Sequence record: DRR378314_1401
Length of the DNA: 39,078 nt
Strand: one strand, 5' to 3'
Part shown: piece by piece, positions 27,231-36,428 of the stretch
Layout: each line of letters begins with the position of its first letter
How positions within the stretch are numbered: the first letter of the stretch is position 1
The notes under the pieces: generated by a model
The model's input: the letters and a program-made list of their open reading frames with translations, nothing else
What the model was told of the DNA's origin: nothing
The model's database searches: none
Made by a program: the position numbers and the translations under genes

Positions 27231-28538
27231 TCAGCTATTGGTGCGCAGAACGGATCCGGCCAGATAAAGGCTTCCTGATATCAGTAAGCGGCTGGGTTTG
27301 CGCATCAGATACGGGATCAGGGTGTCTGCGGCATCTTCAACACTGTTCGCATAATCACAATCCAGCCCGGCCGCCCGGCCAAGTTCCGCCATTTTCTCTT
27401 TAGGGGTCGAGGCAGGCTCTTCCGCTACGGGAACCATGATGGCTTTTTGGACAAACTTTTGCATATGACGAAGATAGTTTAACTGATCCTTGGTCTGCAG
27501 CATGCCGCAAATCAGATAGGTTGGTTTTTCATCCTGGGCTTCCCATTCCAGAAAACAATCGGCGATTTGGGCGCCTGCGGCTTCATTATGGCCCCCATCC
27601 AGCCAGATATCGACATTATCCGGCAGGCGTTGGGTCAGATTGCCATGTCGCAGGTTTTGCATCCGTGCAGGCCAGGAGACGGATTTCAACCCAGTTTCGA
27701 TGTCTTTTGGTGTGACCTGAAAGCCGTCTAATGCCGCCAAGACGGCAAGGGCGGTTCCTGCATTGGCAACCTGGTGGGGCCCGTTCAGCCGGGGCAGGGG
27801 GTAAGTTCCGCTATAGTGCTGCCCTTCAAAGGACCAGTGCGCGGCGCCTTTTTCCCGATGAGCTGACCAGTCAGTGCCAAAAACCGCAGCGTTGACATTC
27901 AATTCCATGGCCCGTTGCAAGATTGCTTCTTTTGCCGGGTCGGATTGCGGGCCCAGAATTAACGGGGCGTCAGCTTTGATAATCCCGGCTTTTTCCCGGG
28001 CAATTCCCGCAAGGTCATTTCCCAAAAACTGTTCATGATCCTGGCTGACCGGGGTGATGGCGACCGCAGCGGGCTTTTCGACCACATTGGTTGCATCCAG
28101 CCGCCCGCCAAGACCGGTTTCCAGCAGCAGAATATCGGCGGGAGTTTCGCTGAACGCTTTTAAAGCGGCGGCTGTGGTGATTTCAAAATAGGTGATCGGA
28201 TCGGCGCCATTTGCTTCTTCACAGGAGAGCAACAGATCAGATAATTTCGCCTCCGGAATGATATGTCCGTCCAGGACAATGCGTTCGGCGAATTTCACCA
28301 GATGCGGGGATGTGTAGACATGAACCTTATATCCCGCTGCCTCCAAAATGGCCCGCAGGTAAGCGATCAGGGAGCCTTTGCCATTTGTGCCCGCCACATG
28401 AATGACGGGTGGCAGCCTTTGTTCTGGGTGATCCAGTTTTTCCAGGATGTGATAAACCCTGTCGAGGGAGAGATCAATTACCTTGGGATGGAGCGCCATA
28501 AGGCGCTTCAGGATCACGTCACTATGCAGTCCCGGCAA
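27231..28538 (-). CDS. folC: Bifunctional folylpolyglutamate/dihydrofolate synthase
   Basis: [40 protein letters not shown]. Confidence 0.97.
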   Translation of the reverse strand: MPGLHSDVILKRLMALHPKVIDLSLDRVYHILEKLDHPEQRLPPVIHVAGTNGKGSLIAYLRAILEAAGYKVHVYTSPHLVKFAERIVLDGHIIPEAKLSDLLLSCEEANGADPITYFEITTAAALKAFSETPADILLLETGLGGRLDATNVVEKPAAVAITPVSQDHEQFLGNDLAGIAREKAGIIKADAPLILGPQSDPAKEAILQRAMELNVNAAVFGTDWSAHREKGAAHWSFEGQHYSGTYPLPRLNGPHQVANAGTALAVLAALDGFQVTPKDIETGLKSVSWPARMQNLRHGNLTQRLPDNVDIWLDGGHNEAAGAQIADCFLEWEAQDEKPTYLICGMLQTKDQLNYLRHMQKFVQKAIMVPVAEEPASTPKEKMAELGRAAGLDCDYANSVEDAADTLIPYLMRKPSRLLISGSLYLAGSVLRTNS

Positions 28539-28550
28539 TTCGAAAAATCC

Positions 28551-29540
28551 TTAACTGACCGGTTTTTCGTCAGGTTTATCTGCTTTGGGTATTGTCTCTG
28601 GTTCGGCTGGTTTCTCGGGTTCTGGTGCCGCGGCTTTGTCAGCTTTTTTCGGAGTTTTTAACGCTTTGGGAAGTTCCGGATGAACCGTTTTCAGCTTGTT
28701 ACTGGTCAAATCAACGATGCGCGCCAGCGTCTCTTTCAGCTCATGGCGGTGGACAACCATATCCAGCATGCCTTTTTCCAGCAGGAATTCGGCCCGCTGA
28801 AAGCCTTCCGGAAGTTTTTCGCGAATGGTTTCCTCGATCACTCGGGGACCGGCAAAACAGATCAGGGCGCCGGGCTCTGAAATCTGGATATCCCCGAGCA
28901 TCGCATAGGAGGCGGTCACTCCCCCGGTTGTCGGGTCGGTCAGAACCACAATAAAGGGCAGTTTTGCTTCTTTCAGGCGCTGGATCGCGACCGTGGTGCG
29001 CGGCATCTGCATGAGTGAGAGAATTCCCTCCTGCATGCGGGCGCCGCCAGCCGATGTGAAAAGGATCAACGGGGCTTTTTGTAAAATGGCCAGTTTTGCA
29101 GCTGCAATGATGGCTTCACCAACCGCCATTCCTAAGGAGCCACCCATGAAATTGAAGTTCTGCACCCCAATGACGGCAGCATTGCCCTTCAATTTGCCAT
29201 GAGCGACGATCATGGCATCCCGGTCACCCGTTTTATTCCGGGCATCTTTGAGCCGATCCAGATATTTTTTGGAATCCCGAAATTTGAGCGGATCAACCTG
29301 CACTTCAGGCAGTTCAATAACGTCATATTTTTCGCCATCAAATAACGCATCAAACCGTTCTTGCGGCGTCAGGCGCATATGATGATCACAATGGCTGCAG
29401 ACGCTCTGGTTCTGGGCAAGCTCACTATGAAACAGCATCTGACCGCATTCCGGACATTTGAGCCAGAGATTATCAGGTGTATCGCTGGTTTTCGTCAGAT
29501 TGCGGATCTTGGGAAGAACCTTGTTTGTCAGCCAGTTCAT
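28551..29540 (-). CDS. accD: Acetyl-CoA carboxylase carboxyltransferase beta subunit
   Basis: CPEC...CSHC zinc finger, [24 protein letters not shown]. Confidence 0.98.
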   Translation of the reverse strand: MNWLTNKVLPKIRNLTKTSDTPDNLWLKCPECGQMLFHSELAQNQSVCSHCDHHMRLTPQERFDALFDGEKYDVIELPEVQVDPLKFRDSKKYLDRLKDARNKTGDRDAMIVAHGKLKGNAAVIGVQNFNFMGGSLGMAVGEAIIAAAKLAILQKAPLILFTSAGGARMQEGILSLMQMPRTTVAIQRLKEAKLPFIVVLTDPTTGGVTASYAMLGDIQISEPGALICFAGPRVIEETIREKLPEGFQRAEFLLEKGMLDMVVHRHELKETLARIVDLTSNKLKTVHPELPKALKTPKKADKAAAPEPEKPAEPETIPKADKPDEKPVS

Positions 29541-29555
29541 GAATAAGTCCTGTTG

Positions 29556-30371
29556 TTATTTGGAAACGCTCTGCACACCGGCAGAGAGTTCGGATGCCAG
29601 CGCCAGCAGGGAACTGACAGCTTCATCCTTTGTCTTGGCGTTGGCAATGCATTCAACCAGGGCACTGCCAACCACCGCACCATCAGCAATTTTCGCAATT
29701 TCTGCGGCCTGTTTGCCGGTGCGGATACCAAACCCGACCGCAATGGGCAGATCAGTTGCTGCGCGGATACGGCTAAGGGCACCGGCCACATCGCTGGCTT
29801 TCGGGGCGGCAGCCCCTGTTGTTCCGGCGATGGATACATAATAGAGGAAGCCGGAGCTGTTTTGCAAAACAGAGGGTAACCGTTTGTCATCGGTTGTTGG
29901 CGTTGCCAGTCGGATGAAGTTTAGGCCGGCCTTCTGCGCGGGTATGCACAGCTCTTCATCCTCTTCAGAGGGAAGGTCGACAATAATCAGACCATCAATG
30001 TCAGCATCCTTGGCATCGATCAGGAATTGATCCACCCCATAAGAATAAATCGGATTGTAGTAACCCATTAAAATAATTGGGGTTTCATCGTCTTTTTTGC
30101 GAAACTGGCGGATCAGTCCCAACGTGGATTTCAGCGTCGTCCCACCGGCAAGTGCCCGAAGGCCGGCTTGTTGAATTGCCGGACCATCGGCCATGGGATC
30201 GGTGAAGGGCATGCCGATTTCAATAATGTCAGCACCCGCCGCCGGTAAGCCTTCCAAAATCTCGAGGGAGGCTTCAGGATCTGGATCCCCGGCCATGACA
30301 AAACTCACAAAAGCAGCGCGACCCTGACTTTTCAAGGCCTTGAAACGGCGATCAATACGGGTTTCAATCAA
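29556..30371 (-). CDS. trpA: Tryptophan synthase alpha chain
   Basis: [32 protein letters not shown]. Confidence 0.98.
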   Translation of the reverse strand: MIETRIDRRFKALKSQGRAAFVSFVMAGDPDPEASLEILEGLPAAGADIIEIGMPFTDPMADGPAIQQAGLRALAGGTTLKSTLGLIRQFRKKDDETPIILMGYYNPIYSYGVDQFLIDAKDADIDGLIIVDLPSEEDEELCIPAQKAGLNFIRLATPTTDDKRLPSVLQNSSGFLYYVSIAGTTGAAAPKASDVAGALSRIRAATDLPIAVGFGIRTGKQAAEIAKIADGAVVGSALVECIANAKTKDEAVSSLLALASELSAGVQSVSK

Positions 30372-31579
30372 AGCTCTACTCCTAAAGCGTCAGCAACGGT
30401 GAAAATGTCTTTATCTCCCCGACCAGAAAGGTTTACCACGATGAGGTGGTCCTTCGGAAGGTCCGGTGCATAATGTTTCAAATAGGCTAGGGCATGGCTG
30501 GATTCCAGGGCCGGAATAATACCTTCCAGTTCACAGCAGAGCTGAAACGCATCGAGGGCTTCCTGATCGGTGGCGCTGACATAATTCACCCGGCCAACGT
30601 CATTGAGCCAGGAATGTTCAGGACCAATACCCGGATAATCCAGTCCAGCGGAGATGGAATGAGCCTCAATAATCTGCCCATCATCATCCTGCAGCAAATA
30701 CGTCCGGTTTCCATGCAGCACACCGGGGCGTCCGCCTTTCAAGGAGGCGGCATGTTTGTCCGTATCCAGACCGTGGCCTGCAGCTTCAACCCCGTAAATT
30801 TCAATCCCATCGTCATCCAGGAAAGGGTGGAACAGGCCCATAGCGTTGGAGCCACCGCCGATACAGGCGAGTAAAGTGTCTGGCAAACGCCCTTCGGCCT
30901 CCATCATCTGGCGGCGGACTTCCTCTCCGATCACATTTTGGAAATCGCGAACCAGTGTCGGATACGGGTGAGGGCCAGCGACAGTGCCGATAATGTAGAA
31001 GGTATCTTCGACATTGGTTACCCAGTCGCGTAAGGCTTCGTTCATAGCATCTTTTAAAGTCCGCGAGCCGGAGACAACTGGAATGACCTCTGCGCCCATC
31101 AGTTTCATGCGAAAGACGTTTGGCTTTTGCCGCTCAATATCCGTCTCCCCCATATAAATTGTGCAGGGAAGACCGAAACGGGCAGCAACTGTTGCTGTTG
31201 CCACACCATGCTGACCGGCACCGGTTTCTGCAATGATGCGGGTTTTGCCCATTTGCTTCGCTAGCAGGATCTGGCCCATGCAATTGTTGATTTTATGGGC
31301 GCCCGTATGGTTTAGATCTTCCCGTTTCAGGTAAATCTTGGCGCCGCCAAAATGTTCGGTCAATCGCTCGGCATAATAAAGCGGGCTTTCCCGGCCCACA
31401 TAATGCTTGAGCAGACCGTTGAGCCGCTCGGAAAAGGCGGGGTCGTTTTTCGCGGCCTCATAGGCGTCATTCAGCTCCAGGATCAGGGGCATCAGAGTTT
31501 CGGCGACAAATTGTCCCCCAAAAATGCCAAAATGACCTGTATCATCAGGGCCGGACCGATATGTATTCAACTGCGTCAT
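30368..31579 (-). CDS. trpB: Tryptophan synthase beta chain
   Basis: [37 protein letters not shown]. Confidence 0.99.
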   Translation of the reverse strand: MTQLNTYRSGPDDTGHFGIFGGQFVAETLMPLILELNDAYEAAKNDPAFSERLNGLLKHYVGRESPLYYAERLTEHFGGAKIYLKREDLNHTGAHKINNCMGQILLAKQMGKTRIIAETGAGQHGVATATVAARFGLPCTIYMGETDIERQKPNVFRMKLMGAEVIPVVSGSRTLKDAMNEALRDWVTNVEDTFYIIGTVAGPHPYPTLVRDFQNVIGEEVRRQMMEAEGRLPDTLLACIGGGSNAMGLFHPFLDDDGIEIYGVEAAGHGLDTDKHAASLKGGRPGVLHGNRTYLLQDDDGQIIEAHSISAGLDYPGIGPEHSWLNDVGRVNYVSATDQEALDAFQLCCELEGIIPALESSHALAYLKHYAPDLPKDHLIVVNLSGRGDKDIFTVADALGVEL

Positions 31580-31591
31580 GGGTATCCCAGT

Positions 31592-32254
31592 TCAACCTTC
31601 CAAGTTTATGCCATGGACCGTTTTTAAAAAGCGGGTCACTTCAGCCGGATCTTTTCTGCCGGGTTCAATCTCCACACCAGAGGATGTATCCACTGCCTTC
31701 GCACCACTGATCCGTACGGCATCCGTTACATTGTCAGCAGTCAGTCCCCCGGCAAGCATCCAGGGACAATCGATGTCCGTATCTGCAAGCATTGTCCAGT
31801 CAAAGCTTAGACCGTTTCCGCCCGGCAAAGCCTCTGTCATGCTTTTAGGAGCTTTTGCATCAAACAGCAACATGTCAGATACGCTTTCATAGGCTTTTGC
31901 GGCCAAAAGATCCTCCCGGGTTGCGATTTTCAGGGCTTTCATCACCGGCTTACCGAAGATGGTTTGAATTTCGCGGACCCGATCCGGGCTTTCATTACCA
32001 TGCAGCTGCAGGATATCCAGGGGAACTGCCTGTAAAGATTTACGCAGCAGCGCATCATCCGGATCAACGAACAGACCGACCAGTTTCGCTGACCCCTGAT
32101 ACTGCCCAAATAGCTGCGCTGCCGCTTGGGGAGAGAGGGATCGGGGGCTTGGTGGATAGAAGACGACCCCGATATAGTCTGCCTTGTGATCCAACGCAGC
32201 CTTCAGGGCATTTGTGTCGTTCAATCCACAGATTTTTGCCGCTACAGTTCCCAT
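31592..32254 (-). CDS. trpF: Phosphoribosylanthranilate isomerase
   Basis: KICGL, QLHGNES, LAGGL, VDTSSGVE. Confidence 0.97.
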   Translation of the reverse strand: MGTVAAKICGLNDTNALKAALDHKADYIGVVFYPPSPRSLSPQAAAQLFGQYQGSAKLVGLFVDPDDALLRKSLQAVPLDILQLHGNESPDRVREIQTIFGKPVMKALKIATREDLLAAKAYESVSDMLLFDAKAPKSMTEALPGGNGLSFDWTMLADTDIDCPWMLAGGLTADNVTDAVRISGAKAVDTSSGVEIEPGRKDPAEVTRFLKTVHGINLEG

Positions 32255-32255
32255 G

Positions 32256-32963
32256 TCAGGTCAGGCTTTCCAGAATGTCAGTAACAGATCCCGCCGGATC
32301 GGCATGGGCGCTGATAGGTCGGCCAATGACCAGATAATCAGCTCCGTCCTTCAGGGCCTCAGCCGGGGTTTTCACTCTTTTCTGATCACCATGATCGCTG
32401 CCAACGGGGCGAATGCCCGGAACAACCAGTTTGAAATCGGATCCAAATTCGGCCCGCAAGGTTTTGATCTCCAGCGGGCTGCAAATGACCCCATCGGCGC
32501 CGTTCTTCTGCGCCAGATCCGCCAGCCGCAGAACCTGATCAGATGCTTTGGCGGTTACGCCCGTTGCTTCAAGATCAATATCATCCATGCTGGTCAGCAC
32601 GGTGACGGCTAAAATCCAGGGGGCATTTTCAAATTCCGCAGCGGCACCGGCCGCAGCCCGGATCATCGCCGGACCGCCACTGGCGTGAACGGTCAGCATA
32701 TTGGGGGCAATGACCTTTGCTGCGGATCGAACAGCCCCGGCTACCGTATTCGGGATGTCATGGAATTTAAGGTCAAGGAATAGCGGCGTGTCCGTTCCTG
32801 CGACTTTCAGAATGCCCTGGGGGCCAAAGCTGGTGAAAAACTCCTTGCCGAGCTTGATCCCGCCAACAGAGTCCCTGATGGCTGAGACAACCTCATCGGC
32901 GGCCTCCAGGCTGTCCTTGTCGATAGCGGCCAAGACCGGGTTTTTTGGATTTTTTCGGATCAT
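32256..32963 (-). CDS. pyrF: Orotidine-5'-phosphate decarboxylase
   Basis: FLDLKFHDIPNTV, VTVLTS, PGIRP, DQKR, VIGRPI. Confidence 0.98.
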   Translation of the reverse strand: MIRKNPKNPVLAAIDKDSLEAADEVVSAIRDSVGGIKLGKEFFTSFGPQGILKVAGTDTPLFLDLKFHDIPNTVAGAVRSAAKVIAPNMLTVHASGGPAMIRAAAGAAAEFENAPWILAVTVLTSMDDIDLEATGVTAKASDQVLRLADLAQKNGADGVICSPLEIKTLRAEFGSDFKLVVPGIRPVGSDHGDQKRVKTPAEALKDGADYLVIGRPISAHADPAGSVTDILESLT

Positions 32964-33097
32964 GTCAGTTGTTTAAACCAGCTCAATTTGAATGAAAAGC
33001 AGTGGATAATAGCCTTTCTGGCGGGAAAGTGAAGTGATAGGAGCGTAAAATGTGAAGTTTCTGACTTATAAGTAGATTGTTGTGGACTTATTGAAAG

Positions 33098-33787
33098 TTA
33101 GCGGTGTTTTTTCTGTTCAGATTGCATATGGACCTCAAGATCCCGGTAGCGGCTTGGGGAAAAGCTTTCATCCGTTAGCTGAAATCGTCGAAATCGGTCC
33201 AGACGGAAGTTTCGGATATCATTTCGAAGGTCGCACCAGGTGACCAATAGCTGCAGGTTTTGGAAAAATACAATGACAAGCGGGCTTAACCGGCGAAATG
33301 TCACTTCGCCGCTCAAAGCTTCATATTCTGTATCTGCCTTGACCTGTGTGCGCATAGCGGTTCGCACCGTTGGCATGGAAATGGTGATGGCAGCGGGTTC
33401 TTCATCCCGATGAATGATTTGCCGCATCTGACTGACAAGGGTTTGGCGGCTTTGGGGCAGGACTGCGCCAATTTTGGTCAACACGTCGATTGCCGCGCGC
33501 TGCAGTTCCGGATCGCCATTGGCCCGGACCCATTCAACCCCCAACATGACCGCGTCAATTTCCTCATCGGAAAACATCAGGGGCGGCAGGTGATATCCCT
33601 GTTGCAGCAGGTAACCTGTGCCGCGCTCCCCCACGACGGGCACATGATTTTTCATCAAATCCTGAATATCCCGGTAAATGGTTCGCACCGATGTTTCCAG
33701 TTCTGCCGCGATTTCCGTCGCCGTTATGGCTGTCTTTTTTCGCTGCAGGATCTGAATGATTAAAAACAGTCGGTCAGCCCTGCGCAT
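33098..33787 (-). CDS. YafY-family HTH + WYL domain transcriptional regulator
   Basis: MRRADRLFLIIQIL, SVRTIYRDIQDL, GERGTGY, LPPLMFS, WCDLRNDIRNFRLDR. Confidence 0.92.
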   Translation of the reverse strand: MRRADRLFLIIQILQRKKTAITATEIAAELETSVRTIYRDIQDLMKNHVPVVGERGTGYLLQQGYHLPPLMFSDEEIDAVMLGVEWVRANGDPELQRAAIDVLTKIGAVLPQSRQTLVSQMRQIIHRDEEPAAITISMPTVRTAMRTQVKADTEYEALSGEVTFRRLSPLVIVFFQNLQLLVTWCDLRNDIRNFRLDRFRRFQLTDESFSPSRYRDLEVHMQSEQKKHR

Positions 33788-33880
33788 TGCCGCGCTGCCG
33801 GTTGAAACTGCTTGAGTTCCGGTGTCGTGACCTGTTCACAGATATGTCCTTTGCTAATTATTTGTTCCGATTGCCAAAGA

Positions 33881-33904
33881 CTACTGACAGTATGCTGTCA
33901 GTAG
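33881..33904. promoter_or_regulatory. Perfect inverted repeat, probable YafY operator
   Basis: CTACTGACAG-TATG-CTGTCAGTAG between the divergent yafY and GST genes. Confidence 0.8.
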
Positions 33905-33949
33905 GGATCCGGTATCAAGGGCTTTACACCCAAAATAAAGGATTTTGAT

Positions 33950-34729
33950 ATGCCGGATACACTTGTTGTTCATAACTTTCCCCCCGTTTTTGAAGGTCAG
34001 TTAAGTCCGTTTGGTCTGAAGCTGGAAAGCTGGCTGCGGCTGGCGGGGCTGTCCTATCGAAATGAGTGGAATTTTCAAAAAGTCGGCCCCAAGGGAAAAC
34101 TGCCCTTCGTTACAATTGAAGGTAAAGCCATGGGCGATAGCGAGCTGATTATTCAGTATCTGGCGGCGCGAACCGGGAAAGATCCGGATTCGATGCTCAA
34201 CCTGGAGGCACAGGCCGAAGGGGTTGCCCTTCGCCGAATGATGGAAGAACATTTTTATTTCATCATTGTCTATTCCCGTTGGCAGGATGACGCGGTTTGG
34301 CCGGATTTTTCACAGCAGGTGTTTGGTTCTGTCCCCTGGCCGGTTCGTTCTTTGGTGAAATCAAAGGTTCGAAATGCGGTTTTGCGGTCCTTGTTCAATC
34401 AGGGCATCAGCCGACATGAGCGGTCAGAGGTTTATGATAAGGCAAGATCTGATCTGGAGGCGCTGTCCATCAAGCTAGGGTCAACGGCGTATCTGTTGGG
34501 GCCGGATCCGACCTTGACGGATGCAAGTGTATATGGGCATCTGGCAACAATCCTGTACCAGCCAGTAGCGAGCCAGCTGCAAATTGAAATTCGTAAATTT
34601 GAAAATCTTTGCGCCTATTGTGACCGGCTGAAAGCATTATGGTGGCCCCACGCCAAGGGAGCCGGCGGTACAGATCCGGAATTTACCGCGTCAGAAGAGA
34701 CGGGGTTTAGCCAGCGGCGCTCTGCTTAG
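33950..34729 (+). CDS. Glutathione S-transferase-like protein, metaxin/FAX-like subfamily
   Basis: SPFGLKLESWLRLAG, GPKGKLPFV, GDSELII, RRMMEEHFYF, YLLGPDPTLTDASVYG. Confidence 0.88.
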   Translation: MPDTLVVHNFPPVFEGQLSPFGLKLESWLRLAGLSYRNEWNFQKVGPKGKLPFVTIEGKAMGDSELIIQYLAARTGKDPDSMLNLEAQAEGVALRRMMEEHFYFIIVYSRWQDDAVWPDFSQQVFGSVPWPVRSLVKSKVRNAVLRSLFNQGISRHERSEVYDKARSDLEALSIKLGSTAYLLGPDPTLTDASVYGHLATILYQPVASQLQIEIRKFENLCAYCDRLKALWWPHAKGAGGTDPEFTASEETGFSQRRSA

Positions 34730-35081
34730 ATCGCGTGGTTTCAGAGTTGGACAGTTGCAATAGATGATTTGCATCTTCGCCAATGGCCTCGTTCTGGGCG
34801 GTCTTCTCTTTTTCAAGGCGGGAAATTTCCGCTTTCAGGCGCAGGATTTCCTGCTTGTTGGCCCGGTTTTCGGATCGGGCCTTTCCGTCTGAGATCCAGG
34901 TGCGGATAGCACCCAGCAGGACGCCAAGAAACGCCCCGGCCAAAATCAGGATAAAGAGGGGAAGTTCCATGACATAAGGAAGAGGAAATAGGGAAAAATT
35001 GACCGATTCTCTATTTCCGATGCTGAGAATAATCACTGTGAGGCCCAAAAGGACTACAAAAACCCACGAAATTAGTTTCAC
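34707..35081 (-). CDS. lapA: LPS assembly protein LapA domain protein
   Basis: Two TM segments (NRESVNFSLFP, LPLFILIL) plus a coiled coil; directly follows ihfB. Confidence 0.78.
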   Translation of the reverse strand: MKLISWVFVVLLGLTVIILSIGNRESVNFSLFPLPYVMELPLFILILAGAFLGVLLGAIRTWISDGKARSENRANKQEILRLKAEISRLEKEKTAQNEAIGEDANHLLQLSNSETTRSKQSAAG

Positions 35082-35120
35082 GTTCTTTCCCGTTCTTTGA
35101 CGTTTTGCAGGTTCTGACGA

Positions 35121-35402
35121 CTATTTATCGTTCAGTTTTTCCCGCATTTCCTTTCCGCATTTGAAGAAAGGAACAAGCTTCTGATCAACAGCAACCTGTT
35201 CACCGGTCCGCGGGTTGCGGCCCACGCGAGACGCTCTTTCCTTGGTTGAAAATGCCCCAAAACCGCGAAGTTCAACCCGTTCCCCGTTAGCGAGGGCATC
35301 TGAAATTGTATCAAAAATTGTGCCGACTATTCGCTCAACATCACGCAAGTAAAGGTTTGGATTATTTTCTGCAATTTTAGCAATCAACTCTGACTTAATC
35401 AT
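35121..35402 (-). CDS. ihfB: Integration host factor beta subunit
   Basis: [37 protein letters not shown]. Confidence 0.97.
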   Translation of the reverse strand: MIKSELIAKIAENNPNLYLRDVERIVGTIFDTISDALANGERVELRGFGAFSTKERASRVGRNPRTGEQVAVDQKLVPFFKCGKEMREKLNDK

Positions 35403-35466
35403 TCTGAGAAGTCCCCCACATGTAACTCCGACTGCTGCGGTCAATCGACGTTTAGTCAAATTTTCT

Positions 35467-36372
35467 TTATTTAGGTTGCCAAAGAGAAACCAACCCGTCA
35501 AGTGTAAGTCGTTCTGATATAACGCTTTTCCCAAATATTCCTTGTAATAGCTCCTGGATTAGCCCTTTTGGGGTGCTGTAATCCGCGACAACCAGGGGAA
35601 GGGAGCCAGAGATCTGCTTGGTCGATTCCAGCCACCGGCGCGCTTCTTCGATCCCGCCCAGCTCGTCAATCAGCCCGGCTTGCAGCGCGGCTTTTCCGAT
35701 CAGAACCCGCCCGTCAGCAACAGCAGCGGCTTCGGCCCGGGAGATCGGACGGTTTTGAGCAACCAGATCAACAAACCATTCATGGGTTTGCAGGACCATT
35801 TCTTTGAGGTTCCGCCGGCCTTTTTCAGATAACGGCTTGAACGGAGAGGGTTCGCCTTTTAATTCGCCCGATGTGATGGCATCGGCTTTGACCCCGATCT
35901 TTTCCATCAATTCCGAAACTTCGGTCAATTGGACAATTACCCCGATGGAGCCGGTAATGGAGCTTTCACCGGCAAAGATATGCTCTCCCGCCAGGGCCGT
36001 CATATAACCGCCAGATGCCCCAACGGTTCCGATAACCGTGATCACGGGTTTTTTCGCGGCCACCCGTTTAAGGGCCTTTAAAAGCCGTTCACTGCCATAT
36101 GTAGAGCCGCCAGGACTGTTAATATAAACGATCAAGGCTTTGGCATCATCATCCTGGGCAATTTCATGGATAATCTGTTGGCGGCGTTCATTTTCAACAA
36201 TCACGGATGTGACATCGAGCCGAGCGACATGTTCTCCTGTGCCAGAGCCAGCAAAGCGGGCCACACCTGCGCCCACTGCGATCAGCAGGGCGGCAACGGC
36301 CAGCGCGCGCCAAAAAAACAGGCGCCGCTTTAAGCGGCGCCTATCCAATATTGCATCGGTATCAATGGACAT
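35467..36372 (-). CDS. sppA: Signal peptide peptidase SppA (S49)
   Basis: INSPGG, ASGGY, TGSIGV, N-terminal TM segment. Confidence 0.95.
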   Translation of the reverse strand: MSIDTDAILDRRRLKRRLFFWRALAVAALLIAVGAGVARFAGSGTGEHVARLDVTSVIVENERRQQIIHEIAQDDDAKALIVYINSPGGSTYGSERLLKALKRVAAKKPVITVIGTVGASGGYMTALAGEHIFAGESSITGSIGVIVQLTEVSELMEKIGVKADAITSGELKGEPSPFKPLSEKGRRNLKEMVLQTHEWFVDLVAQNRPISRAEAAAVADGRVLIGKAALQAGLIDELGGIEEARRWLESTKQISGSLPLVVADYSTPKGLIQELLQGIFGKSVISERLTLDGLVSLWQPK

Positions 36373-36428
36373 GTTGTCTCCGTAAGTGATGGACCATCAT
36401 TTCCTTAATGCCGATGGTTTTTTAAGTT

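Noticed and set aside
35074-35089. AGTTTCACGT half-match to parS at the lapA start
   Set aside because: The second half-site is absent (TCTTTC).
35403-35534. N-terminal extension of IhfB in the ORF track (likewise the extended starts at 26329, 23076 minus, 17285, 18738 and 6434)
   Set aside because: These are upstream alternative start codons without an RBS that overlap neighbours or intergenic DNA; the family-typical starts lie downstream.
36393-36423. Hairpin after rpsA as its terminator
   Set aside because: The stem is imperfect and the T-run is on the plus strand, not downstream on the rpsA strand.
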